Virus record (IMG/VR): IMGVR_UViG_3300045988_136773
Source: a virus
DNA length: 64,000 bases
Direction: 5' to 3' (one strand)
A program made the position numbers and the translations under genes. Positions 29,301 to 37,587 of the stretch are shown here, piece after piece; positions within the stretch are counted from its first letter, which is position 1; each line of letters opens with the position of its first letter. Under the pieces are notes generated by a model that was not told the origin of the DNA, did not search any database, and saw nothing but the letters and a program-made list of their open reading frames with translations.

Positions 29301-29874
29301 TACAAATGAGGCAGTTCAGGGGCAATTTGAGGCATTTCAAGCAGAGGAAGGTATCAGAATTAAACAGGAACGAGAGCAACGTGAGGATCAATTTTGGGTA
29401 GATAATATCACACAGCTATCTACTAGTAACTCATGGATGGAAACTATTTATAAGAAGCAGTCTGATTTTTATGATGATTTTATACTGTTTCATGAAGATT
29501 TTCTTGCATATGGCGGCAAGGCAGGGCGATTTGAAGCATATCAAAAAGCTTTTAATGCTTATTGTACAAGCTGGACAGAGTATTACGTTAAACACACTGC
29601 ATACAGAAATGCAGTGGGATATGATAGTTCTAGTTGGGATAAGGTTAGATCTGCTGAAAATTCAAAATCAAGAGATGCTGTATATGCTCTAGCTGCTGCG
29701 TTAACAAAAAATAGTGTAGATCTGTTAGATCCTGCTGTTCAGACAAACGTATTGCTTGCAGAAATTTTGCAGATTGTAAATGCTATACTACAGACTGAAT
29801 TTTCAAACTCTGACAGTTCCGCACTACCAAATAGCCTATCTGCTTTAGCATTGGGCATAAATAACCTAAAATGA
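26308..29874 (+). CDS. Tail tape measure protein
   Basis: 1188 aa, helical and Ala/Ser/Gln-rich, with a hydrophobic segment GAIGGLTGAAVVAGAAMVAVTAAMWAL. It follows the chaperone gene. Confidence 0.8.
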   Translation: MPTNNNDIISEINGSDQSNSKNFSNFEVKELYILESIDKTVKDILKSSGQSSQSNAFNTLSGSRSFRDKSKSNISAGKGFSRGATNDFADAFKKSIFEALIGSDFKEQIQSVFSDLADGLGVEIGDIPKTLGAELGKTVMSAFKGSAIGKELTGKLDDAKSKFVSNLRSTILGTSQQSANAKNEKSKGSQSQQADGDSIFRKSTKSNVVSDIQNIVIHAQSVTVQQSDISNLASGISEEPAEQIKNIISSNLGGDALAKFKEADLGTIKDFISKGDKSSIANMFTSAFGESGEVSSTIQALTGMMSTSGAELVGSSELAIGAIGGLTGAAVVAGAAMVAVTAAMWALSPAIEATTKLIKKASETADRYATSRQNQIKTETDRLKADVETMVKAPFDILKQAAEEMYNVWDTNLRKINGTQGYSKDDLQDLIASFADRLRSEGLTKVVSASSITDNLAKVLDSGLSGKVAEEFAYIATKLNAAIPTQDFFSYASTYSSIAANAIRQGKSQSDAIDEANRQLEGFANNILYASREVAGGFTTGLKDAENLFTESVQIAQASKTGNATQISAVMTAVSAITGAIAPDLAQSMTDAIYKAATGGNSSEIVALRSLAGINASNTEFLKQLAQDPQKVFANLFSELGKRQNMSEDAYMEVAEGLSSIFGVSSDAFARVDFSYLAQAISSMDTNSTALLDNMDLLASGQTTTNAEQLKMQQINEYMLDEGLSYVLDNAAARSIQEHMWDEQIANDLMDATYGVELQGSALEFLEGIRHTVENIMILVNPAAMFGKIKAGITNLIGSAVESSAQRADVKQLLELGKVGTGNATAAYQLTTTGQNLNVTDDIISLMGGISAYSTTSKIRQSLVNTYTPWNSFYDATSSRGFTNRMNQAYATLSSIGSIFNSSLSSNYYWGTVGKSSSGISSAITGSDVLGVSALKSRESQSSNPTRVTNNAVQKFLGTMSSYLEENSGKDVSYEDWAKTATRFGISNLSDALTDVGLTNEAVQGQFEAFQAEEGIRIKQEREQREDQFWVDNITQLSTSNSWMETIYKKQSDFYDDFILFHEDFLAYGGKAGRFEAYQKAFNAYCTSWTEYYVKHTAYRNAVGYDSSSWDKVRSAENSKSRDAVYALAAALTKNSVDLLDPAVQTNVLLAEILQIVNAILQTEFSNSDSSALPNSLSALALGINNLK

Positions 29875-29882
29875 CGTAAAGT

Positions 29883-29894
29883 GACCTTATATAT
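29883..29894 (+). promoter_or_regulatory. Copy 3 of the recurrent motif (GACCTTATATAT)
   Basis: Lies in the 46-nt gap after the tape measure gene, 26 nt before TTG 29921. Confidence 0.35.
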
Positions 29895-29920
29895 GGGTAT
29901 ATTATCTAGGAGGGATATCT

Positions 29921-32764
29921 TTGGATTTTATCAAATTTCCAGTTGCTACAACAAATATTTTCCCATGTGCAAATACTACAAATGGTGGTCAACTTGTAAC
30001 AGAATTTAACTTACGCTCCAGAGAATCTGTTGCTACAGATTCTAATGTGTCCTATATGATTGGTCCGTCATATGTTCATGGTGAGTCTGATTTTGCCGTA
30101 AGCTTGATGAATGCGTCATCCCAGTACTTTGCAGATGAAACACCTACATCATCTACAATTTTAAAAATTAATGAAGGTTCTGCTGTAGTCAACGGTCATT
30201 TTATTCAGTCGCTTGTACCAATTACAATAGATTTGGTTTCTGCAAATGAAGAAGCCAGAGTAAATGGTGACGCAGAGTTGACAGGGCATCTTAGCGTAGG
30301 TCTACGTGTGATGTATAGCACTGAAGCTACTATGAGCGGATCAATTCTTACCGAATCTAAAGACACACAATATGCTGATTTGTACGAAGGTGTACAGATT
30401 GTTATTTTACCAACTACTGCATTTAAAACTCCAAGCGAAGTTCCGGATGCTCAGGAACAGGTGACTGCACATCTCTTGCTTGCAACATTCGACTATTTTA
30501 ATGGCATAGTCACAAATATTCAGCAAAATTATCCGAGGAAATGTGCAGTCATGGATGCAAGTCGGATCTCAAATGTAGATGCTATGCTGACCGACGACTA
30601 TTTGAGAAAATCCGGCTTAAACTACAAAAAGCTTTATGTATTTGCTGGGAAAGGAAAAAATCCTGACACCGGAAAAGATACATGGTGCGACGCTACAGAT
30701 ACTATGATGGTGTGGGATAAAACTCCAACACCTATGACAGATAGTGAGTTTGTGAATAATGCAGTTAATCAAGGACTAGCTATAAAATCCGGAACTTCAT
30801 CTGATGCTGTAAAAAATTTAATGAATCGGTACCCAGAAGCACTATTTGATACGCTTTCCACAGATGAAGTTGCAATGGTTGTACCTCATAAAGAAATTGA
30901 CTATCCTATTCATACATCTAGCGGTGAAGCACAATTGTATCCGCTGAAAGTGTATAAGCTTCCAGTAGCGGATTTTGTAGCAAACACACCTGGTACTGTA
31001 GATCGAGCATACACAGAACATGTGAAATCTATCACACAGAAAATCAATGACTTATATCATTTAACATCTGGAAAGCAACGATGCTACGTCGATGTTTTGA
31101 ATGATAGAGCAGATTTGCCAGCTTTAAATCAGAAATGGAATGTTGGTGATTACATTCTTGTTGGCGAGGATAACACAATTGATATATCTAATACCGAGTA
31201 TACACAACCTCCATCCTCTATGTATGTAGTAATACCTGGTATTGTATCAGCTGTAAAATATATAGGTAGTACTAAAAATTTAACTACAGCGTCAGATGAA
31301 GTTGCAGTTGGCGGAGGTCAGGTACCTCCGATGGGGGTTTTAATTCAAAGTTTAACACAGTCAGATCCCCCAAATATAACAGATGCATCTGTATATAATG
31401 CATATTTCCATTTTGACGAAAATGAATATCGTGGTGCATACGGAGTTGATTATTTTGCGATTGATACACCTGTAATAGACGAATCAACCGGTGTCCAAAA
31501 AATTGATAAGGAATCAGGATTATCCCTGTTTGATAGATACTACTATGTTGTTGACACTTCAGGTAAAAAATCTTATACAGATCCACCGATTTGGCTTACA
31601 GATGAAATTCCATTGGCTCAGACAGATCGAATTGGTGGATTTTTAAACGTACCAGACACTGCTACAGATGCAGGTTATGTCATTCGTGATGATGAAGGTC
31701 ATCTTCGCATCCTAGATTATTCTTTACTTAGATCTGGAACACTAGCATATCAACTAGGAGAGGATTTTGAAACATCATCCGGTTTGTCCATTTCAGAAAT
31801 TCAAGCACAGTTAGACGAATATGTAAATTACAGAGTTGCGTTTCCGGATGCCACACAAATGCACCGCATTCAAAATGACGGTATACCGAACGAAATCAAT
31901 GTAATTATTCATCTGTCTGCTGCCACAGATGAGGAGATTGCATCTAAGAGTACAACATTAACTATTCGGGCAATTGATTCAAGGTTTAACACTCATGTAA
32001 ATTTACAGATTTTGGGATCAGCAGATTCTAATGTTACTATAAATATTGAGGACTGTGAGAGAATCAGAATTGATACCATTTCCGGTACACCACATGTGAA
32101 TCTATATCGTTCATGCTTATATTATGACTATACAATACTGGATAGACTTGCACAGGATACTATCGAGGATATGCGTTTATGGTATGTTATGCGTAAATCT
32201 ACTGATCCTAGATTGACTGTTGACTATATGACTGTTCGTGAGTACGATACTCCAACCATTTCGTCTGGAACAGATTTTTACGATACAAGCACCCCAAATG
32301 ATAATCATTTTCTGTATGGTTTACAAAGCCTTACATTTAGTAGTGACGGTACAATTGTTGGATGCTCTATGCTTGTTCGTAATGATTCTACATCAAACGT
32401 GCAAGAGGGGAAATTCATCATTGGTAACTCTTATGTTATTCCACAGGGTGGTGCATTGATGTACCCTCAAAAACTATTAAGAAAGCAATTAAAAGTAACT
32501 GGACAATTTATATCTGCTTATCATATTGCGTCACCAGATAAATGGGTGGTACAAAATACAAGCTTCACTGCATTAAGCCAAAAGTATGAGGTTTCTACGG
32601 ATGGTACTGCAAAAACCATTTCCGGTACAATTACATTCCTTGTAGATGCATTTTATGTAGATAATGCACAAGTTCTGTCCGGAACTGGAACAGACGCATC
32701 TGATTCTATCGACGGATGGGAACCGTCAAAGTTTCATATATTCTCAGGTGGTGCTTTATCATGA
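29921..32764 (+). CDS. Large virion-associated protein (947 aa), function unknown
   Basis: AGGAGGG RBS with a TTG start. Tail or baseplate role assigned by position only. Confidence 0.5.
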   Translation: MDFIKFPVATTNIFPCANTTNGGQLVTEFNLRSRESVATDSNVSYMIGPSYVHGESDFAVSLMNASSQYFADETPTSSTILKINEGSAVVNGHFIQSLVPITIDLVSANEEARVNGDAELTGHLSVGLRVMYSTEATMSGSILTESKDTQYADLYEGVQIVILPTTAFKTPSEVPDAQEQVTAHLLLATFDYFNGIVTNIQQNYPRKCAVMDASRISNVDAMLTDDYLRKSGLNYKKLYVFAGKGKNPDTGKDTWCDATDTMMVWDKTPTPMTDSEFVNNAVNQGLAIKSGTSSDAVKNLMNRYPEALFDTLSTDEVAMVVPHKEIDYPIHTSSGEAQLYPLKVYKLPVADFVANTPGTVDRAYTEHVKSITQKINDLYHLTSGKQRCYVDVLNDRADLPALNQKWNVGDYILVGEDNTIDISNTEYTQPPSSMYVVIPGIVSAVKYIGSTKNLTTASDEVAVGGGQVPPMGVLIQSLTQSDPPNITDASVYNAYFHFDENEYRGAYGVDYFAIDTPVIDESTGVQKIDKESGLSLFDRYYYVVDTSGKKSYTDPPIWLTDEIPLAQTDRIGGFLNVPDTATDAGYVIRDDEGHLRILDYSLLRSGTLAYQLGEDFETSSGLSISEIQAQLDEYVNYRVAFPDATQMHRIQNDGIPNEINVIIHLSAATDEEIASKSTTLTIRAIDSRFNTHVNLQILGSADSNVTINIEDCERIRIDTISGTPHVNLYRSCLYYDYTILDRLAQDTIEDMRLWYVMRKSTDPRLTVDYMTVREYDTPTISSGTDFYDTSTPNDNHFLYGLQSLTFSSDGTIVGCSMLVRNDSTSNVQEGKFIIGNSYVIPQGGALMYPQKLLRKQLKVTGQFISAYHIASPDKWVVQNTSFTALSQKYEVSTDGTAKTISGTITFLVDAFYVDNAQVLSGTGTDASDSIDGWEPSKFHIFSGGALS

Positions 32765-33315
32765 TATATATTCATAATATCATAAAAATAAAATATGTAA
32801 ATGAGGGATATCTTCCAAATTATCCATATCATATGATCAGCGATCATGAAATGTGCACAGCGTTCTTAAACACTAGTTCAAACAGCTTTTTTACGGATAA
32901 TTACCCATGCGTTTCAGAATCTATTAAAACTGAATATACGTCTTTAGTTACAGCCATACAATATCACATTGATAAATATCTTGAATCCGCACATACCCAA
33001 TCTCAGTATGAAATTCCAGACTGGGTATACAGTTACATGTTGGGTACTGTGATATCTGTAAATAGTGATCCGTTGGATATTCATGATTTACTAGTGCTAT
33101 TAGGGTGCGATAATATATCAGATACTTTTTCTGACGTTGCATCAACTTTATGCTACAAGGAGAGTAATCAGTGGCTTAGAAAACGACCTACGTTTAATGG
33201 TGACTCCCGATACATTACATATCATGGAAAACGTATTGATTTGAGACCTCCGACGATGTTTGGAGAACCACATGTTATAAAAAGTGCTAGATTAAGAACA
33301 TCAAATTTGACGTAA
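32761..33315 (+). CDS. hypothetical protein (184 aa)
   Basis: ATGA overlap with the upstream stop. Confidence 0.5.
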   Translation: MIYIHNIIKIKYVNEGYLPNYPYHMISDHEMCTAFLNTSSNSFFTDNYPCVSESIKTEYTSLVTAIQYHIDKYLESAHTQSQYEIPDWVYSYMLGTVISVNSDPLDIHDLLVLLGCDNISDTFSDVASTLCYKESNQWLRKRPTFNGDSRYITYHGKRIDLRPPTMFGEPHVIKSARLRTSNLT

Positions 33316-33319
33316 GCAG

Positions 33320-34366
33320 GTGATGCGTTTGCAGTATTTACCAATAAATCTTCCGACAGGGAATTCAGTTGGAACATCATTAGTAGAATTAGCAAATCTT
33401 ATTAGTTCAAGAGACATTGATAGCGTTCTAAATCTGAATAATATAACAAGATCGCATGATATCGGTAAGTCACTTCTTGATTTTTATAAAACTCTGAATA
33501 TTGATTCCTGCGATAATGTCACATACCAAGAAAAAGGATCAATTTTGAATACACTAACTAGTGATTCTGATGTGTTTGAAACAGCTGCATTACTCAATGA
33601 AACTGAATGGAAATTTTTGAAATTGACTGGAAGTTTTTATGGTATGCTGAAAATTCCAGAAACTGTAAGACTGTCGAGCGTTGTGGGTGTACTAGGAAAC
33701 AAGGATCATGTGAAAAAAGATATCTACAACAAGTCTTTTATGATGCTGAATGACGAGAAAACATATGACCATAAAATCGATCCATCTATATTCAATAGTT
33801 ATGATGGTAAGCGTGGTTCTCAGATTCTAACATCGACACCTACAAATAATCCAATGCAGTGGTTTAAGCTCCCTTGGGGCAAAATATCTTTGTATTCTTC
33901 ACTGTCAGGTAAGTCTATGGATTTTCCTGTATATCCAGATGGTTTGAAAGATGGTGTACAGGCCAACTATGAAACTATGTCTGATATTTTATACCAATAT
34001 GAACCATGGCAGGTGTACCATAGTTCAGGTCCGAGGTCTAACACATTTTCATTTAAGATGCACCGTGATATGTGGAGCGGAAATCATCTTGATGGAAAAT
34101 GTAATGAGCTGATCCGGTTCTGCGAGGCAAATTGCTATCCAGATTATAAGGGTGCATCCGTTCAAACTTCAACAGTTACTTTATACCTTGTAGGAAAGCC
34201 ATACATTACCGGAGTTATGACTTCTGTAGATGTTTCATGGGACAGTGACAGTCCAATCGGACAGGATGGGTTTTATCTAGTATGTCAACTAGACTTAACT
34301 ATCACAGAGGTAGCGTCAGAACCATTGAGCTATAATACAGTTATGAATAAGGGGTTGATCTCATGA
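33320..34366 (+). CDS. Baseplate tube-initiator-like protein (T4 gp48/gp54-like) candidate
   Basis: The C-terminal half (SGPRSNTFSFKMHRD...LIRFCEANCYP...TVTLYLVGKPYITGVMTSVDVSWDS...QLDLTITEV) resembles the tube-family fold pattern. Confidence 0.35.
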   Translation: MMRLQYLPINLPTGNSVGTSLVELANLISSRDIDSVLNLNNITRSHDIGKSLLDFYKTLNIDSCDNVTYQEKGSILNTLTSDSDVFETAALLNETEWKFLKLTGSFYGMLKIPETVRLSSVVGVLGNKDHVKKDIYNKSFMMLNDEKTYDHKIDPSIFNSYDGKRGSQILTSTPTNNPMQWFKLPWGKISLYSSLSGKSMDFPVYPDGLKDGVQANYETMSDILYQYEPWQVYHSSGPRSNTFSFKMHRDMWSGNHLDGKCNELIRFCEANCYPDYKGASVQTSTVTLYLVGKPYITGVMTSVDVSWDSDSPIGQDGFYLVCQLDLTITEVASEPLSYNTVMNKGLIS

Positions 34367-34818
34367 GTTCATTATGCTCAAAAAAGTATATCAAACCAAT
34401 ATATTATGATACACTAACACCTTATCAGGAAATAGATTACCATGGTATTCAGTATACGGTTTGTCGAGATTTTGATAATATCAGCAGATATCGTGGTCTG
34501 CGTCAAATAGTACATGATCCAAATGAATCGACTCGATACATTACATTAGAAACACAAAATACGGTGACATCTAATGCAAAATTTGAATATTATGATGTGC
34601 CACTATCTGAAGAAAATAGGCTAGATCTTATTTCAAATAGATTTTTCGGTTCACCTCAATACAGCTGGGTAATTTCTTATTTTAATGATATTGAAGATGG
34701 GTATACTGTTCATGAAGGTCAAAGATTACGCATATTGAAGAATATTACAGCACTGTTCAATAACGGAGAATTGCTTGCACCAATTTCAGCAATGCAGATG
34801 AATCTTGGCACAGAATAA
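34363..34818 (+). CDS. LysM-like baseplate protein (P2 gpX / XkdP / T4 gp53 class)
   Basis: YYDVPLSEENRLDLISNRFFGSPQYSWVISYFNDI...VHEGQRLRILK fits the LysM-like tail protein X pattern. Confidence 0.5.
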   Translation: MSSLCSKKYIKPIYYDTLTPYQEIDYHGIQYTVCRDFDNISRYRGLRQIVHDPNESTRYITLETQNTVTSNAKFEYYDVPLSEENRLDLISNRFFGSPQYSWVISYFNDIEDGYTVHEGQRLRILKNITALFNNGELLAPISAMQMNLGTE

Positions 34819-34854
34819 CCAGATTTACAAGTTCATATTTGTACATCTTGCACA

Positions 34855-34883
34855 TTGACTTTTTGGATAGACAACGATAGAAT
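34855..34883 (+). promoter_or_regulatory. Sigma-70/SigA-type promoter for the toxin cassette
   Basis: TTGACT (34855-34860), a 17 nt spacer, then TAGAAT (34878-34883), 36 nt upstream of ATG 34920. Confidence 0.55.
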
Positions 34884-34919
34884 AAGAATAGAAACTGTAG
34901 AACTTTTGGAGGTGATTGT

Positions 34920-35102
34920 ATGAAACGTTATGTAAAACGACAACCATACGAACCTAATAATCTTGACAAAATATTAACGGCAGAGTCAGTTGATGTAAAT
35001 TCTGAAACTTATGATATTGAATCTGATTCGCTCGACACATATTACTCGTTTACATCATTGGAAGAGTATAGAAAATTTTTGAAACAAGTAGGGGCTGATT
35101 AA
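34920..35102 (+). CDS. Small acidic protein (60 aa); antitoxin candidate by position
   Basis: GGAGGTGA RBS. Its stop abuts the toxin start (TAA-TTG). No RHH or DinJ motif recognised. Confidence 0.4.
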   Translation: MKRYVKRQPYEPNNLDKILTAESVDVNSETYDIESDSLDTYYSFTSLEEYRKFLKQVGAD

Positions 35103-35450
35103 TTGTCACGTATACTACAATTAAGCAATCGATATATTCGTGGGAGAAAACGTTGTAAGAAACGTGGTTGTAATATGAAATTGCTTGATGATATAGAAAC
35201 TATTTTGTCAACTAGATCATTTACAGATGGGGAAATTGTAAAATATAAGGTTCATAATCTATCTGGATCATTGAAAGGGTTTCAAGAATTACATCTAGGA
35301 AATCGATGCAGCGATTGGGTTGTAATATATCAAATATCAGGAAATCACGTTAAATTTGAAGATACAATTGTAACTATGTATGATACTGGTACACATAAAG
35401 ACTGCTTTGGTGCTTATGAACCAGACAACATGGAAATCATTTGGGTGTGA
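35103..35450 (+). CDS. YafQ/RelE-family mRNA interferase toxin
   Basis: RGRKRCKKRGCNMKLLDDIETIL...KVHNLSGSLKGFQELHLGNRCSDWVVIYQI...DTGTHKDCFG aligns by eye with E. coli YafQ (KDHPLQGSWKGYRDAHVEPDWILIYKL...RTGTHAALFG). Equivalents of H50, H63, D67, H87 and F91 are all present. Confidence 0.7.
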   Translation: MSRILQLSNRYIRGRKRCKKRGCNMKLLDDIETILSTRSFTDGEIVKYKVHNLSGSLKGFQELHLGNRCSDWVVIYQISGNHVKFEDTIVTMYDTGTHKDCFGAYEPDNMEIIWV

Positions 35451-35517
35451 GTAAGATACAACATTGTGAGGTGTTTGCATCAAAACTAATCATGCATTGA
35501 CTTCATAACCTTAAATA

Positions 35518-35557
35518 ATAGCGATAGCTCTTTATAAGAGCTATCGCTATTTTTTTT
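35518..35557 (+). terminator. Strong rho-independent terminator closing the toxin cassette
   Basis: A perfect 15 bp stem ATAGCGATAGCTCTT-TAT-AAGAGCTATCGCTAT followed by T7. Confidence 0.85.
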
Positions 35558-35579
35558 GTTTGTTATGGAGGTGTGCATC

Positions 35580-37037
35580 TTGAAAAAACAACCATTTTGT
35601 AATTTTACATTAGCAGGTGTAAGTATTACAGATTTTGGATTAGAAATGCCATCTCCATTTGCATCTTTGGAATTAAGCAATAGTGAAATACAGTCTATGA
35701 CATCATGGACACTGAATTGCATGGTTGGTGGAGATGCCTCACGAAAAATGAATATTGCGGCATTTGAAGCACTACTGTATAGTGCAGCACAGTCTGCAGC
35801 TCAGTATCCAGATTCCAGTGGTATTCCAGTATCATTTATCTTTGGGTGGCTAGATGAATTTGGGAATGTTGCAGAATGCTTATCCTATCAAGGTTTTACA
35901 ATTAAGTTTTCGGTAAGCACTACTGGAGTATACATGAACTATAAAATCACAGGATATGCGTCGCTTGCAGTGCAAACCAGTATGCCTGTATTGCGTATTC
36001 CTGCGGTGAGCGGATTTGTACAGCCGTCTGCAATTGTTGTAGCACTAGCAGAATCTGTTAAGGCTACATCTTACTATGAACTTGATATAGATCGAAATGA
36101 CACACCAACTCTTGTAAATCATGGACCTATTACAACTAGCTTTAATAAGTATGTTCGCGGTGAATTTTCAGCAGATGACGAATATTCAGAATTTCCAGGA
36201 CTGCTTCCACTATCTAAAACATATAGTTCTGCACAAAATGCCGCAGGATTGATTTATGGCTTCCACGGAGTCCGTAAATTAAGTCAGGTTGTAAATAATG
36301 CAACAGACCATGTTTCAGATTATTTAAGACGTAGTAATGTAGATACAACACCACAGTGTGCATCATTTAGTTATTGGGTAGATGAGCCGACAATGACTCG
36401 TCCTGGAATTATCCATTATAAATCAAATGCTAATATTATGTCGTCACAGAATAATGACGTACTGGAGTATGGCACAGAAAATGCAAATGTTTTATCAATC
36501 AGCGGCAGCTATGATGGTGTAGCATATAATATGTCTGATATGAATTTCAGACAAGTTGGATTTGCTGTAGATGGTAGTGGTAATACTATTACACAAGATG
36601 CTCAGGTTGTAAACAGTTGGAGCAGTTCTCTTTCTGATGTGTTTCAGTCCGCTAGTATTATCAATGACGTAAACGCATTAGCATCTCAGTTTAGCGGAGA
36701 TTTCACGGTTCAGATTCCAGGTAGTGTGAAGTCATATACTGTGGCTCAACCAGTTTCCTTGATTGTATATTCTGGTGGTACACTATCACCAATTACAGGT
36801 ATTTATAACATCGTATCTGTAACTCATAATGTGAGCAATTTATTTGTGACTACGCTGAAACTACAGCGGTTAGTTATCAGTAATGCAAATCAGACAGCTG
36901 CGGCACAAGGAATATTTGTTTCAGGAAGTAGTAACTATAATCGAAGTTCTTACGATACGACAAATAATATCATTACTCCATACATGGTCAAATTCGGAGA
37001 TCTATATCCGAATTTTGAGCACATGTCAACTCAGTAG
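35580..37037 (+). CDS. Baseplate hub protein candidate (gp27 / gpD / XkdQ class)
   Basis: GGAGGTG RBS before TTG 35580. About 485 aa, located between the LysM protein and the spike/gp25/gpJ genes. Confidence 0.4.
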   Translation: MKKQPFCNFTLAGVSITDFGLEMPSPFASLELSNSEIQSMTSWTLNCMVGGDASRKMNIAAFEALLYSAAQSAAQYPDSSGIPVSFIFGWLDEFGNVAECLSYQGFTIKFSVSTTGVYMNYKITGYASLAVQTSMPVLRIPAVSGFVQPSAIVVALAESVKATSYYELDIDRNDTPTLVNHGPITTSFNKYVRGEFSADDEYSEFPGLLPLSKTYSSAQNAAGLIYGFHGVRKLSQVVNNATDHVSDYLRRSNVDTTPQCASFSYWVDEPTMTRPGIIHYKSNANIMSSQNNDVLEYGTENANVLSISGSYDGVAYNMSDMNFRQVGFAVDGSGNTITQDAQVVNSWSSSLSDVFQSASIINDVNALASQFSGDFTVQIPGSVKSYTVAQPVSLIVYSGGTLSPITGIYNIVSVTHNVSNLFVTTLKLQRLVISNANQTAAAQGIFVSGSSNYNRSSYDTTNNIITPYMVKFGDLYPNFEHMSTQ

Positions 37038-37045
37038 GTGATTTC

Positions 37046-37585
37046 ATGTATAAAGAGTATTCCTATTCACCTATAACAAAATCATCTGTCAAAATATTAG
37101 TTCCCTGGATTTCAAATAGACAATCAAAGTTGTATAGTACTTACAAAACTTTGCATACTGGATTAGATATACAAACACATGATGTGTATGGATTCCAGTC
37201 TGGAGTTGTAACACAAATTGGAAAAGATGAAGATGGTCACTCTGTTGTTACAGTTCAGTATAGCGGTCATGTTTCTCTTCGATATGGTCATTTGATGGAT
37301 GTTTATGTAAAATCCGGCGAAACACTATTTGTCGGATCATTCATTGGAGTTGCTTATAAGTATGTGCATTTCGAGTATGTTACAACTGAGTCATCAATTT
37401 GGCCTGTCCATATTGGAACTATAACTTATTATAAACACGATCCAGAACCGCTTTTATCTGGTGATATTATCCTGAATGCAAATGATTGGTCTCAGGTACA
37501 TCAAGCCAACTATTATTACGATGCGGCTTATCCTTTGACTGGAGCTATGGCTGATGAGTTTTCAAATAATCGAAATGGTGATTAA
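37046..37585 (+). CDS. M23 (LytM-type) peptidase
   Basis: LHTGLDIQ (HxxxD) and YVHFEYV (HxH-like) motifs. 179 aa. Confidence 0.6.
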   Translation: MYKEYSYSPITKSSVKILVPWISNRQSKLYSTYKTLHTGLDIQTHDVYGFQSGVVTQIGKDEDGHSVVTVQYSGHVSLRYGHLMDVYVKSGETLFVGSFIGVAYKYVHFEYVTTESSIWPVHIGTITYYKHDPEPLLSGDIILNANDWSQVHQANYYYDAAYPLTGAMADEFSNNRNGD

Positions 37586-37587
37586 CT

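Noticed and set aside
34852-35503. The shared CATTGACTT 9-mers flanking the toxin cassette as true insertion repeats
   Set aside because: They are kept only as a note inside the cassette finding. Nine bases containing a TTGAC -35-like core could recur by chance or simply reflect two promoters.
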